Source: Candidatus Uhrbacteria bacterium
GTDB taxonomy: Bacteria; Patescibacteriota; Patescibacteriia; SG8-24
Assembly: GCA_016205965.1 (NCBI GenBank)
Contig: JACQSM010000069.1
Span: 1-55,876, forward strand
Direction: 5' to 3'
Length of the DNA: 55,876 nucleotides
The number at the start of each line of letters is the position of its first letter. Position 1 is the stretch's first letter. Of the stretch, positions 45,484 through 53,549 are shown one piece after another. Position numbers and translations under genes: made by a program. The notes under the pieces were generated by a model that saw nothing but the letters and a program-made list of their open reading frames with translations, made no database searches and was not told the DNA's origin.

Positions 45484-46164
45484 ATGATCCGCCTGAAAAA
45501 CGTTTCGAAAACTTATCCCCCGGACATCGTCGGTTTGCAGAATATCAATCTGCATATCCGGCCGGGCGAGTTCGTCTCGATCGTCGGCCAGAGCGGCACC
45601 GGCAAGACCACCCTGGCGAAGATGCTTATCGCCGAGGAGCATCCGAGCCACGGCCAGATCATCATCGGCGGCTGGGATATTTCCGAGATCAAACCGTCCG
45701 ACATCCCGCTCTTGCGCCGGCAGATCGGCGTCGTCTTCCAGGATTTCAAGTTGCTGCCCAAGAAAACAGTGGCCGAAAACGTCTCCTTCGCCCTCGAGGT
45801 CTGCGGCGCCAGCCCGACACAGGTGCGCCACATCGTGCCCCAGGCACTCAATATCGTCGGCCTGCTCGACAAGCGCGACCGCTATCCGCGCCAGCTCTCC
45901 GGCGGCGAACAGCAGCGCGTGGTCATCGCCCGGGCGCTGGTGCACCGGCCCAAGATCATCGTCGCCGACGAACCGACCGGCAATCTCGACACCCTCAACA
46001 CCCGCGAGATCATCACCTTGCTCGAGAAGATCAATTCGTTCGGCACAACCATCGTCCTGGTGACCCATAACCGCGAGGTCGTCAACGAATTGCGCCGCCG
46101 CGTCATCACCCTCGATCGCGGCCTCATCGTTTCGGACCAGGAAGAAGGAAAGTACCTGCTATGA
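45484..46164 (+). CDS. ftsE: Cell-division ABC ATPase FtsE
   Basis: Walker A GQSGTGKTT, signature LSGGEQQRVVIARAL and Walker [13 protein letters not shown]. It is followed by ftsX with a 4-nt overlap. Start trimmed to MIRLKN. Confidence 0.9.
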   Translation: MIRLKNVSKTYPPDIVGLQNINLHIRPGEFVSIVGQSGTGKTTLAKMLIAEEHPSHGQIIIGGWDISEIKPSDIPLLRRQIGVVFQDFKLLPKKTVAENVSFALEVCGASPTQVRHIVPQALNIVGLLDKRDRYPRQLSGGEQQRVVIARALVHRPKIIVADEPTGNLDTLNTREIITLLEKINSFGTTIVLVTHNREVVNELRRRVITLDRGLIVSDQEEGKYLL

Positions 46165-47078
46165 TCCTCGTCACCGCCGCCCGAGTCATCGGCACCGCCG
46201 CCAGGAGCCTCAAACGAAACATTTGGCTGACCTTGGCGACCGTCAGCGTGCTGATTCTGACGCTGGTTTCGGCCAACATGCTGCTGGCGCTCAACGTCCT
46301 GGGCAAGGTCGCGCTTTCGGCCGTGCGGGCCAAGGTCGACGTCAGCGTCTATTTCACGCCCGAGACCGAAGAGAATCGCGTCCAGACGGTCAAAATATTC
46401 CTGTTGAGCCTGCCCGAGGTCAAGGACGTCGAGTACGTTTCGGCCGCCCGGGCGCTCGAACGGTTTTCCGACCTGCATAAGAACGATGACGACGTCCTGG
46501 CGTCGCTCGGCGAACTCGAAGGCAATCCGCTCGGCGCGACCCTGATCGTCAAAGCCCGTTCGCTCGACGCCTATCCCAGGATCATGTCGGCCCTCGAGCA
46601 GCCGTCGTACGCGTCGGTCATCGAAGCCAAGAATTTCGACGACCGCCGCTCGGTCATCGAGCGGATCGAAACCGTCTCGCATCGCATCGAGAACGGCGGC
46701 ATCGCGGTCAGCCTGCTGTTCCTGTTCATCGCCCTCCTGATCGTCCTCAACACCATCCGCATGTCGATCTACAGCCGCCGCGACGAGATCGCCATCATGC
46801 GGCTGGTCGGCGCCTCCGACGGTTTCATCAGGGCGCCGTTCTACGTCGAAGCGCTGCTCTGGAGCCTGCTCGCGGTCGTCGTCGCCGGCGCCATCGTCAT
46901 GCCGGCGGCCCATTTCGCCCAGCCGTTCCTGCAATCGTTCTTCGGCACTTCCGGCGCCGACCTGGCCGGATTTTATCGGGTCAATTTCCTGCGCGTCTTC
47001 GGCCTCCAGCTCGGCGCCACCGCCGGCCTGGGATTGCTGGCCACCAAAATCGCCACCTCGCGTTATCTGAAAGTGTAG
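46161..47078 (+). CDS. ftsX: Cell-division permease-like protein FtsX
   Basis: TM1, an extracytoplasmic domain of about 100 aa, then three C-terminal TMs with RDEIAIMRLVGASDGFIRAPF. Confidence 0.85.
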   Translation: MILVTAARVIGTAARSLKRNIWLTLATVSVLILTLVSANMLLALNVLGKVALSAVRAKVDVSVYFTPETEENRVQTVKIFLLSLPEVKDVEYVSAARALERFSDLHKNDDDVLASLGELEGNPLGATLIVKARSLDAYPRIMSALEQPSYASVIEAKNFDDRRSVIERIETVSHRIENGGIAVSLLFLFIALLIVLNTIRMSIYSRRDEIAIMRLVGASDGFIRAPFYVEALLWSLLAVVVAGAIVMPAAHFAQPFLQSFFGTSGADLAGFYRVNFLRVFGLQLGATAGLGLLATKIATSRYLKV

Positions 47079-47082
47079 GCGT

Positions 47083-47820
47083 ATGCCCAAGGCAATCGTC
47101 CATCGCAAGCCCAAGTCCAGGAAGCTTCGGGCCGGCCGCCGCGTCGCGTATGCGCTCGTCGGATTCGCGGTCGCCGGTCTCTTGGGCGGCTATGGTCTTT
47201 GGCTGATGTTTCCCGGGGCCGGCGGCCTGGGCTCCAAGCTCGGCCCGGCCACGCCGCCGGCGCCGGACTTCGAGGCAATGATTCCGGAGGCCAGGTTCGG
47301 AAGCCGGGCGTTTGTCTACGACGATGACCCGGTTTCGCCGGCCTTCTTGGTCGGTTATGCCCTCAACGGCCGGCTCGAACTCGCCGTCGTGGCTTGGGAC
47401 TCGCGCCAGAATCGTTATCGGTTGCAGGAGACCGTCGCGCTGACGAATGGATCCGACGTGCTCGGCGGCCCGCCGGCCGTGATGCTCGAAAAAATGGGAC
47501 CGGCCGGTCCGACGCTAGTCGTCGCGAGCGGTCCGGACGCCGGCACTGGTTGGACGATGATCTTCGTGCGCGGCTCGTCCGGACTTGCGCCCGCCGCGGT
47601 CGTCGAACAGGACGGCACCGTCAGGCCGGGCGTCTTCGCCATCGACATGAAGGCGACGCTCGAGGATATCAGCGGCGACGGCGTTAAAGAGCTGCTCATC
47701 GAGCAGGTCGATGGCGGCGGCGTCCATCTTTGGGATGGCCGGCAGTTCGTCTGGGACGCCCGGCTCACCTGGGCGCTCGAGACCCGCAGCCGCCTTTTCC
47801 CGGAGCCCGAAAATCCTTGA
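47083..47820 (+). CDS. Membrane-anchored hypothetical protein
   Basis: Basic N-terminus followed by the helix VAYALVGFAVAGLLGGYGLWL. An FG-GAP/VCBS-like segment reads DISGDGVKELLIE. Confidence 0.6.
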   Translation: MPKAIVHRKPKSRKLRAGRRVAYALVGFAVAGLLGGYGLWLMFPGAGGLGSKLGPATPPAPDFEAMIPEARFGSRAFVYDDDPVSPAFLVGYALNGRLELAVVAWDSRQNRYRLQETVALTNGSDVLGGPPAVMLEKMGPAGPTLVVASGPDAGTGWTMIFVRGSSGLAPAAVVEQDGTVRPGVFAIDMKATLEDISGDGVKELLIEQVDGGGVHLWDGRQFVWDARLTWALETRSRLFPEPENP

Positions 47821-47948
47821 CGCGGCGGACGGCGCTGCGTACCTTACGGGGGTGTATTCGGGGGTCGGTCGCCTGCGGCGACACACACGCCTCTAAATAT
47901 ATTAGGGTGTTGGCCGCCGCTGGCGGCACTCCCAAGTCAAATTTTCAT

Positions 47949-48022
47949 TCGGGGGTCGTCTAATGGTAGGACAGCAGCCTTTGAAGCTGCGTGTCATGGT
48001 TCGAATCCATGCCCCCGAGCCA
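47949..48022 (+). tRNA. tRNA-Gln (anticodon UUG), CCA encoded
   Basis: Folds as TCGGGGG-TC-GTCT-AATGGTA-GGAC-A-GCAGC-CTTTGAA-GCTGC-GTGT-CATGG-TTCGAAT-CCATG-CCCCCGA-G-CCA. The U1-A72 pair and G73 discriminator fit bacterial tRNA-Gln. Confidence 0.9.
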
Positions 48023-48092
48023 TGAGCGGACATATGTGGCGACCCACATGCGTCTGGTCAAAGACCCATCACGAAAGTGGTGGGTTTTTGAT
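48017..48092 (+). repeat. Two-hairpin element, copy 2 (overlaps the last 6 nt of tRNA-Gln)
   Basis: Sequence: gagccatgagcggacatatgtggcgacccacatgcgtctggtcaaagacccatcacgaaagtggtgggtttttgat. Hairpin 1 is at 48027-48056. Hairpin 2 (GAAA loop, then TTTTT) is at 48064-48089 and probably acts as the tRNA terminator. Confidence 0.9.
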
Positions 48093-48215
48093 CCCGCGTG
48101 ATACTTTTAGCGCTATTTTTACGCATTCATGCCTGGCCGCCGCTGAGCGCAAGCGATGGGAAGAAGTTCGTCTGCATGGTATCCTCCCAAAAGGAACATA
48201 TTGATAACTAACGAT

Positions 48216-49424
48216 ATGTATAGTTACATCATTCTCCAGGTTCTTGCGGCCGGCGTCGGCATCTTTGCGGCGATACTGGTCATCAAGGGATTGCTCCTCA
48301 TCAGGAGAAAGTCGGATCGCGGCACGAGGATGACGATCGGTGTGGGGGTTTCCGCCCTGCTATTGGCGGCAATTGTCTTTGTCGTTTCAGGAATCTCCTA
48401 TCCGCTGCACTTCGCGATGCCGCCGACAATGCAAGCGATGACGCACGACAAGAAACCCCCGTCCCTGCCGATACTCGCGATGTTCGAGTTCCTTTCCAAG
48501 AGGGACGGGTTCGAGAATGTCGCCGATATCGGCCGGGACCCGAACGAGGTTCCGCTGCCGGCTGGCAGGCGGGCGCCGGAGACCGTGAAGTTTTCCGTCA
48601 AAGCAAAGGAGGTCGTCTCCGAGGTGGCCCCGGGCATCTTCTTCAACTATTGGACGTACGATGGCCAGGTGCCCGGGCCGATGTACCGTGTGCGGGTCGG
48701 TGACTTGGTGGAGCTCACGCTCACGAATGACTCCACGAGCATACATCCGCACAACATCGATCTCCATTCGGTCACGGGCCCTGGTGGCGGTGCCGCGGTC
48801 ACGCTGGTACAGCCCGGTGAGACGAAATCGTTCCGGTGGCTCGCCAAGAATCCCGGACTTTATGAGTACCACTGCGCCACGCCCAACGTCAGCACGCACA
48901 ACTCTCACGGTCAGTACGGACTGATCCTAGTCGAGCCTGAAGGCGGATTACCCGAGGTCGATAGGGAGTTCTATCTGATGCAGGGCGAACTCTACACGAT
49001 GGGCGATATCGGCAAGAAAGGCCTTATGGCGTTCGATACGCAAGGCCTCATCGACGGCACGCCGACCTACATCACCTTCAATGGCAAGATCGAGCAGGCG
49101 CCTCGCATGAAGGCGAAGGTCGGCGACCGCATCCGCATGTACGTGGGCGGTGGCGGGGTCAATCTCATTTCATCATTCCATGTCATCGGGGAGATTTTCG
49201 ATGTCGTATATCCGGAAGGCGCGATTGGCGACGGTTCGGCGGTACTCAAGAACGTGCAGACGACGGCGGTGCTCCCCGGCGGTTCGACGATCGTCGAGTT
49301 CACTGTCGACGTTCCGGGGAAGTACGTGCTCGTGGATCACGCGCTCGCGAGAATGAACAAAGGCGCTTGGGCGGTCCTCGAGGTGACGGGAGATCCGCAG
49401 CCGGATGTCTACACAGCGCTATAG
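48216..49424 (+). CDS. nirK: Copper-containing nitrite reductase (NirK-like two-domain cupredoxin) with N-terminal two-helix membrane anchor
   Basis: HPHNIDLH gives the T1 His, catalytic Asp and T2 His. YEYHCATPNVSTHNSHGQYGLILVEP gives the T2 His and T1 Cys/His. SFHVIGEIFD and LVDHALARM are also present. The track ORF starts at 48156; the ATG at 48216 begins the first TM helix. Confidence 0.85.
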   Translation: MYSYIILQVLAAGVGIFAAILVIKGLLLIRRKSDRGTRMTIGVGVSALLLAAIVFVVSGISYPLHFAMPPTMQAMTHDKKPPSLPILAMFEFLSKRDGFENVADIGRDPNEVPLPAGRRAPETVKFSVKAKEVVSEVAPGIFFNYWTYDGQVPGPMYRVRVGDLVELTLTNDSTSIHPHNIDLHSVTGPGGGAAVTLVQPGETKSFRWLAKNPGLYEYHCATPNVSTHNSHGQYGLILVEPEGGLPEVDREFYLMQGELYTMGDIGKKGLMAFDTQGLIDGTPTYITFNGKIEQAPRMKAKVGDRIRMYVGGGGVNLISSFHVIGEIFDVVYPEGAIGDGSAVLKNVQTTAVLPGGSTIVEFTVDVPGKYVLVDHALARMNKGAWAVLEVTGDPQPDVYTAL

Positions 49425-49537
49425 TTTGGCGCCGTTAGAGGTCTCGACGAGGTAGTCGTTGAACGAGGAAAAACGGAACAGTCCAAAATTAGATAATTGT
49501 GTCCTGTTGATCCGTTTTTGGTTGTGATATAGCTTGA

Positions 49538-49553
49538 GACCCACGTGCGTCTG
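49538..49553 (+). repeat. 16-nt partial copy of the hairpin-1 3' arm
   Basis: gacccacgtgcgtctg is identical to 49645-49660 of copy 3, including the G variant. Confidence 0.6.
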
Positions 49554-49619
49554 CGTGCCGGAAAAGGTCTTGAGAAAGCTCTCAACGGCCTTGCGGGTGG
49601 GGTACCAGACCCGCCTGCG

Positions 49620-49695
49620 GAGCCATGAGCGGACATATGTGGCGACCCACGTGCGTCTGGTCAAAGACCCATCACGAAAGTGGTGGGTTTTTGAT
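49620..49695 (+). repeat. Two-hairpin element, copy 3
   Basis: Identical to 48017-48092 at 75 of 76 positions (cacGtgc versus cacAtgc). Confidence 0.9.
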
Positions 49696-49765
49696 TGCTC
49701 CGGAAACCCCTCAAAAAATGTGGTATAATAACCGCCTGTCTAGTATATCCATGCAAGTTATTTAT

Positions 49766-50785
49766 ATGCTGAAAAAAATATTTTTTTTCTTGATTGCGGG
49801 AGCGGCTCTGGCGGCGATCGCGTGGTTCGGTTATCAGAAATTTACTACTACTACTACTACTACTAAATTTCCTGGGAAAATTACCATTGGTCACACGCCT
49901 TGGCCCGGCTATATCGGATTGTATATTGCAGCTGACAAGGGCTTTTTTAAAGACAACGGTCTTGACGTTGATCTTAAGGCTTATCCTGGACTTGCGGAGC
50001 TCTCTAAGGATTACGTCGCGGGAAACCTCCAGGGGAGAAGCAATTTGACTCTTGATGCCATTAACGAGGCCCATGACGGTTTAGATCAGAAGGTGGTAAT
50101 TGTAATCGATTACAGTAAAGGTTCAGACGGCATCATCGCTTCTAAAAATATCGAGAAATTTTACGATATCAAGGGTAAGAAGGTCGCTTTTGAAGCCGAG
50201 GGCCTCGAGGAGTTTTTTCTTCGTTACGCGTTGAACAATAACCAGATTAGCCTGAATGATATTATCCCCCTCAATCTTGATCCGCAAAAATCCGCTGAAG
50301 CCCTGGTAAAGGGTGAAGCCGATGTCGCGGTGACGTATGAACCGTTCATGGGGAATGCGCTGCTTGAGAGCGGAGGTCATAAAATCTTTACGTCGGCCGA
50401 TGCCCCCGGCTTGATCACCGACGTGCTGACATTCCGTTCCGATTTCGTCAAGGATTATCCGGGAACGATCGAAGCGATCGTCAATGCCTATTTTAGGGCG
50501 ATTCAATTCTGGAAAGAAAATCCCGCAGAGGCCAATAGTATTTTAGCCGAGTATCTTGACACGCCACTGGAACAAGTACCAAGCCAACTTGATGGTGTAT
50601 ACGTTCTTAATAAAGAGGATAACCGGACCGCCTTCACGTTCGCGGCCGGTGTGCAATCCCTTTACGGTAACATGCGGCAAATCGGCGAATTTGTTCATGG
50701 AATTCGTGAGAAACGTGGTGAGATACGCAGGGTTGATACCGATGCCATGATCGACCCAAGTTTTATCCGGAAGATTTCTAAGTGA
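49766..50785 (+). CDS. NMT1/SsuA-like periplasmic substrate-binding protein, with no cognate permease or ATPase nearby
   Basis: Signal/anchor MLKKIFFFLIAGAALAAIAWFG, a Thr7 linker, then ITIGHTPWPGYIGLYIAADKGFFKDNGLDVDLKAY, typical of the NitT/TauT-type binding fold. An alternative ATG is at 49751. Confidence 0.8.
   Translation: MLKKIFFFLIAGAALAAIAWFGYQKFTTTTTTTKFPGKITIGHTPWPGYIGLYIAADKGFFKDNGLDVDLKAYPGLAELSKDYVAGNLQGRSNLTLDAINEAHDGLDQKVVIVIDYSKGSDGIIASKNIEKFYDIKGKKVAFEAEGLEEFFLRYALNNNQISLNDIIPLNLDPQKSAEALVKGEADVAVTYEPFMGNALLESGGHKIFTSADAPGLITDVLTFRSDFVKDYPGTIEAIVNAYFRAIQFWKENPAEANSILAEYLDTPLEQVPSQLDGVYVLNKEDNRTAFTFAAGVQSLYGNMRQIGEFVHGIREKRGEIRRVDTDAMIDPSFIRKISK
49844..49864 (+). repeat. (ACT)7 trinucleotide microsatellite inside the binding-protein gene
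   Basis: Seven perfect ACT units encode a TTTTTTT linker. Confidence 0.9.
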
Positions 50786-50817
50786 GCCGCGCGGCTGATA
50801 TAAACAGACCCCTCTCC

Positions 50818-53019
50818 ATGAAAGTATTGACGAAAGTGACGCTCATAATCTCGACAGGCGCTTTTTTTATGCTGGCGACCGCAGGTTATTTCGTCTTTAC
50901 TGAAACCAAGAACGCGCTGCAGCAAACCATTCGAGACAGACAAAGCGAGCTCGGACATCAAACTATCGACAAGATCGATCGAACGCTATTTGGCTATTAT
51001 GTCGGCATTCAAAACATTGCCGATGAAGAGAGCATTCAGCGAACGTTGAGCGGTGCGGTGCAGGATCGCCGGGAAATCGAACGCCGCATCAAAGAACTTC
51101 CGTTCTTGACCGGCCCGTGGGATGTTCTGAAGATCATTAATTCGCAGGGAGCCATCATAGCTTCCAACTCCCGTCAAGACGCTGAGAAAAATGCGGAGAT
51201 AGAAAAAAATATCGAAAATTTGGCAGCCTTAAAGGAGGCGATCAAGGGCAACGTTTACTACTCTGATTTCCTCTTTACTAAGGACACCGGAAGGCCGACC
51301 ATGATCTTTGCGGCCCCGATTCGTGACCAGGAAACGGCGGATCAACCCATTATCGGCGTCGTGATCGGACATGTCGCCTGGCCAGTGATAAAGGAGATCA
51401 TCGAGGCATCCGATCCGGCCAGCGAATTTGACCTCTATACGCGTGGCGGCGTTCTTATCGCCACGAATCAAGAATCTGCCAAACATCTCTTTCTCAAAAA
51501 TACCGAGATTGAAAGATCCTTGTCTGCTCCGCCCCACGTCGCGAATCTAATTAAAACTGAGGCTGATGAGGGATTTGAAGCATTGGTGACGCGTGCCGAC
51601 TCGCACGGGCATCTGGCCTATAAAGGAAATCAGTGGGCTTTATTCATAGAAACGCCTACGAGCATCGCGTTTGCGCCTGCAATCAGCACCGCACGACGCA
51701 TTGTTCTGGTTCTTTTACCGATTATTTTGTTTATATTGTTCGTTATATTGCTTCTCTTGAGCTCATTAGTGGTTAGACCCATCGTCGATATCACCAAAGT
51801 TTCGAAGGTTATTGCGGTGGGCGACTTTTCAGCTAGAGTGCGGGTGCGGACGAAAGATGAGATTGGCGAACTTGCGATTTCCTTCAACGCCATGACCGAG
51901 AAAATGAGGGAATCGCTAAATATCATCAACATAGAAAGAGATAAGCTGGCGAAGCTTATTGAGAGCATGGGCGATAGCGTTATGGTAATCGACACGGAGG
52001 GAAAGATTACTCTTTGGAACTATGCTGCTGCGTTGCTGACCGGCTGGGAACAGAAGGAGGTAATAGGCAGGCCATTTAAGGATATTTTAAAACTGGTTCG
52101 CGAAGCGGATCGCGCCAGCAATAGTGACTTTATCGTTCGTGCGATCACAGAGAAGGTTAAAAAATCAATGGAAAACCACACCCTTTTGATCCGAAAAGAC
52201 GGGACGGAGATCCCTGTTGCCGATAGTGCCGCCCCGATCATAGATGCGGACGGCGATGTTTGGGGCGCTATCGTGGTATTTCGCGATGTTGCGAAAGAAA
52301 GAGAGTTAGAACGGCTCAAGACCGACTTTGTCGCCATAGCATCGCATGAAATGCGCACCCCCCTCACCCTTATTAAGGGAAACTCGGAACGCCTGTTAAA
52401 GGGTGAATCGATATTGAAAGACGCCAAGTTAACTGAAATGGTATCGAGCATATACCGGAATAGCGATCGTCTTTTCGGTATTGTAAACGATTTTCTCGAT
52501 GTCTTGACGCTTGAGGAGAAACGAATACCATTGAATTTGGAGCATTTCGATCTCGTACCTCTTGTTCATGAGTGCGTTGCGGAGTTCAGAACATTTGCAG
52601 AAGCAAAAAAGATATATTTGAAGATCGATGATCTCTCCGCCTCTCATCAAATGGTGGTAGCGGATAGGGCGCGCGTCAGGCAGGTTATGATCAATCTGTT
52701 GGGAAATGCCATGCGCCACACGGAAAAAGGCGGCGTACGTCTGACCTTTGAAAAGCAGAAAAACTTCATAGAAGTTTCCGTCAATGATACGGGCCCAGGC
52801 ATCTCGAAAGAGAATCAACTCAGGCTATTCAGAAAATTTGGTTCGATTCGGGAGACATTCATCCGTTCAAAGGAGTACGGCAGCGGTCTCGGTCTCTACA
52901 TCAGTAAACTATTGATTGAGGCCATGGGCGGAGAGATCTGGCTGAAAAAAAGTTCTCCTGGCGCCGGAAGTACGTTCAGTTTTACTTTGCGGACTTCCAC
53001 AGACAAGGAGGGCGTGTAA
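50818..53019 (+). CDS. Sensor histidine kinase (TM - Cache-like periplasmic domain - TM - HAMP - PAS - HisKA - HATPase)
   Basis: Two TM helices bracket about 270 aa. HAMP reads DEIGELAISFNAMTEKM and PAS reads VMVIDTEGKITLWNYAAALLTGW. The H-box is ASHEMRTPL, the N-box LLGNAMRHT and the G-boxes DTGPGI and GSGLGL. The track ORF starts at GTG 50782. Confidence 0.9.
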   Translation: MKVLTKVTLIISTGAFFMLATAGYFVFTETKNALQQTIRDRQSELGHQTIDKIDRTLFGYYVGIQNIADEESIQRTLSGAVQDRREIERRIKELPFLTGPWDVLKIINSQGAIIASNSRQDAEKNAEIEKNIENLAALKEAIKGNVYYSDFLFTKDTGRPTMIFAAPIRDQETADQPIIGVVIGHVAWPVIKEIIEASDPASEFDLYTRGGVLIATNQESAKHLFLKNTEIERSLSAPPHVANLIKTEADEGFEALVTRADSHGHLAYKGNQWALFIETPTSIAFAPAISTARRIVLVLLPIILFILFVILLLLSSLVVRPIVDITKVSKVIAVGDFSARVRVRTKDEIGELAISFNAMTEKMRESLNIINIERDKLAKLIESMGDSVMVIDTEGKITLWNYAAALLTGWEQKEVIGRPFKDILKLVREADRASNSDFIVRAITEKVKKSMENHTLLIRKDGTEIPVADSAAPIIDADGDVWGAIVVFRDVAKERELERLKTDFVAIASHEMRTPLTLIKGNSERLLKGESILKDAKLTEMVSSIYRNSDRLFGIVNDFLDVLTLEEKRIPLNLEHFDLVPLVHECVAEFRTFAEAKKIYLKIDDLSASHQMVVADRARVRQVMINLLGNAMRHTEKGGVRLTFEKQKNFIEVSVNDTGPGISKENQLRLFRKFGSIRETFIRSKEYGSGLGLYISKLLIEAMGGEIWLKKSSPGAGSTFSFTLRTSTDKEGV

Positions 53020-53043
53020 TAATCATAGGTACGCAATCACATT

Positions 53044-53427
53044 ATGACCATGAAAAAACGCATTTTGTTAGTTGACGACGAGGATGAAATTCTTTCACTC
53101 TATGGCGAGGTGCTCGCCGAAGAGGGCTTTGAGGTATTGATCGCACATGATGGAGCGGAGGGGGTCAAAGTCGCCAAGCAGGAGAAACCCGACCTCGTCC
53201 TAATGGATCTTAAAATGCCGGTCATGGACGGTATGGACGCATTCATGCAGATTCATGATGACCCTGCCACGCGAGCCATAAAAGTTGTTTTCCTGACCGC
53301 TTTCGGTGATCCTGAAGTGGTGGGGGCTGACATCAAGATATCCGAAGAGATCGGTGCCGCGGGTTATATCAGAAAGGGAATTACACTTGATGAATTAGTA
53401 AAAAAGGTCAGGGAGTATATACGGTAG
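53044..53427 (+). CDS. Stand-alone response-regulator receiver domain (CheY-like)
   Basis: ILLVDDEDE, phospho-acceptor LVLMDLKMPVMDG, FLTAFGD and YIRKG. No output domain (127 aa). Confidence 0.9.
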   Translation: MTMKKRILLVDDEDEILSLYGEVLAEEGFEVLIAHDGAEGVKVAKQEKPDLVLMDLKMPVMDGMDAFMQIHDDPATRAIKVVFLTAFGDPEVVGADIKISEEIGAAGYIRKGITLDELVKKVREYIR

Positions 53428-53465
53428 ATTTCTAGGTGTTCCGAGAGTGAGTTGGTGAGCCACGT

Positions 53466-53493
53466 AAAAGCCGCGCCGTTCGGAGCGGTTTTT
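53466..53493 (+). terminator. Terminator-like hairpin after the receiver gene, preceded by GAGCCACG
   Basis: Stem ccgc-g-cc / gg-a-gcgg with loop gttc, flanked by aaaag on the left and ttttt on the right. gagcca lies at 53457-53462. Confidence 0.45.
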
Positions 53494-53549
53494 ACGTACC
53501 GCGCAATTTCTGATAAGATATGTCGCATAAACGTCTGTTTTTTCGCCAT

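Noticed and set aside
48027-48063. IS200/IS605-style subterminal hairpin with a nearby TCAA cleavage-like tetranucleotide, i.e. a single-strand transposon carrying nirK
   Set aside because: There is no TnpA, TnpB or IscB gene anywhere in the window, and both copies look identical rather than like distinct left and right ends. The idea is kept only as a remote alternative under the repeat finding.
48022-48204. Peptides MSGHMWRPTCVWSKTHHESGGFL on the + strand (48022.., 49625..) and WVATxVRSWLRR on the - strand (2150..2347, 49419..49664), which look conserved
   Set aside because: The conservation is simply the nucleotide repeat translated. The frames run through tRNA trailer and terminator hairpins and lack starts with any translation signal.
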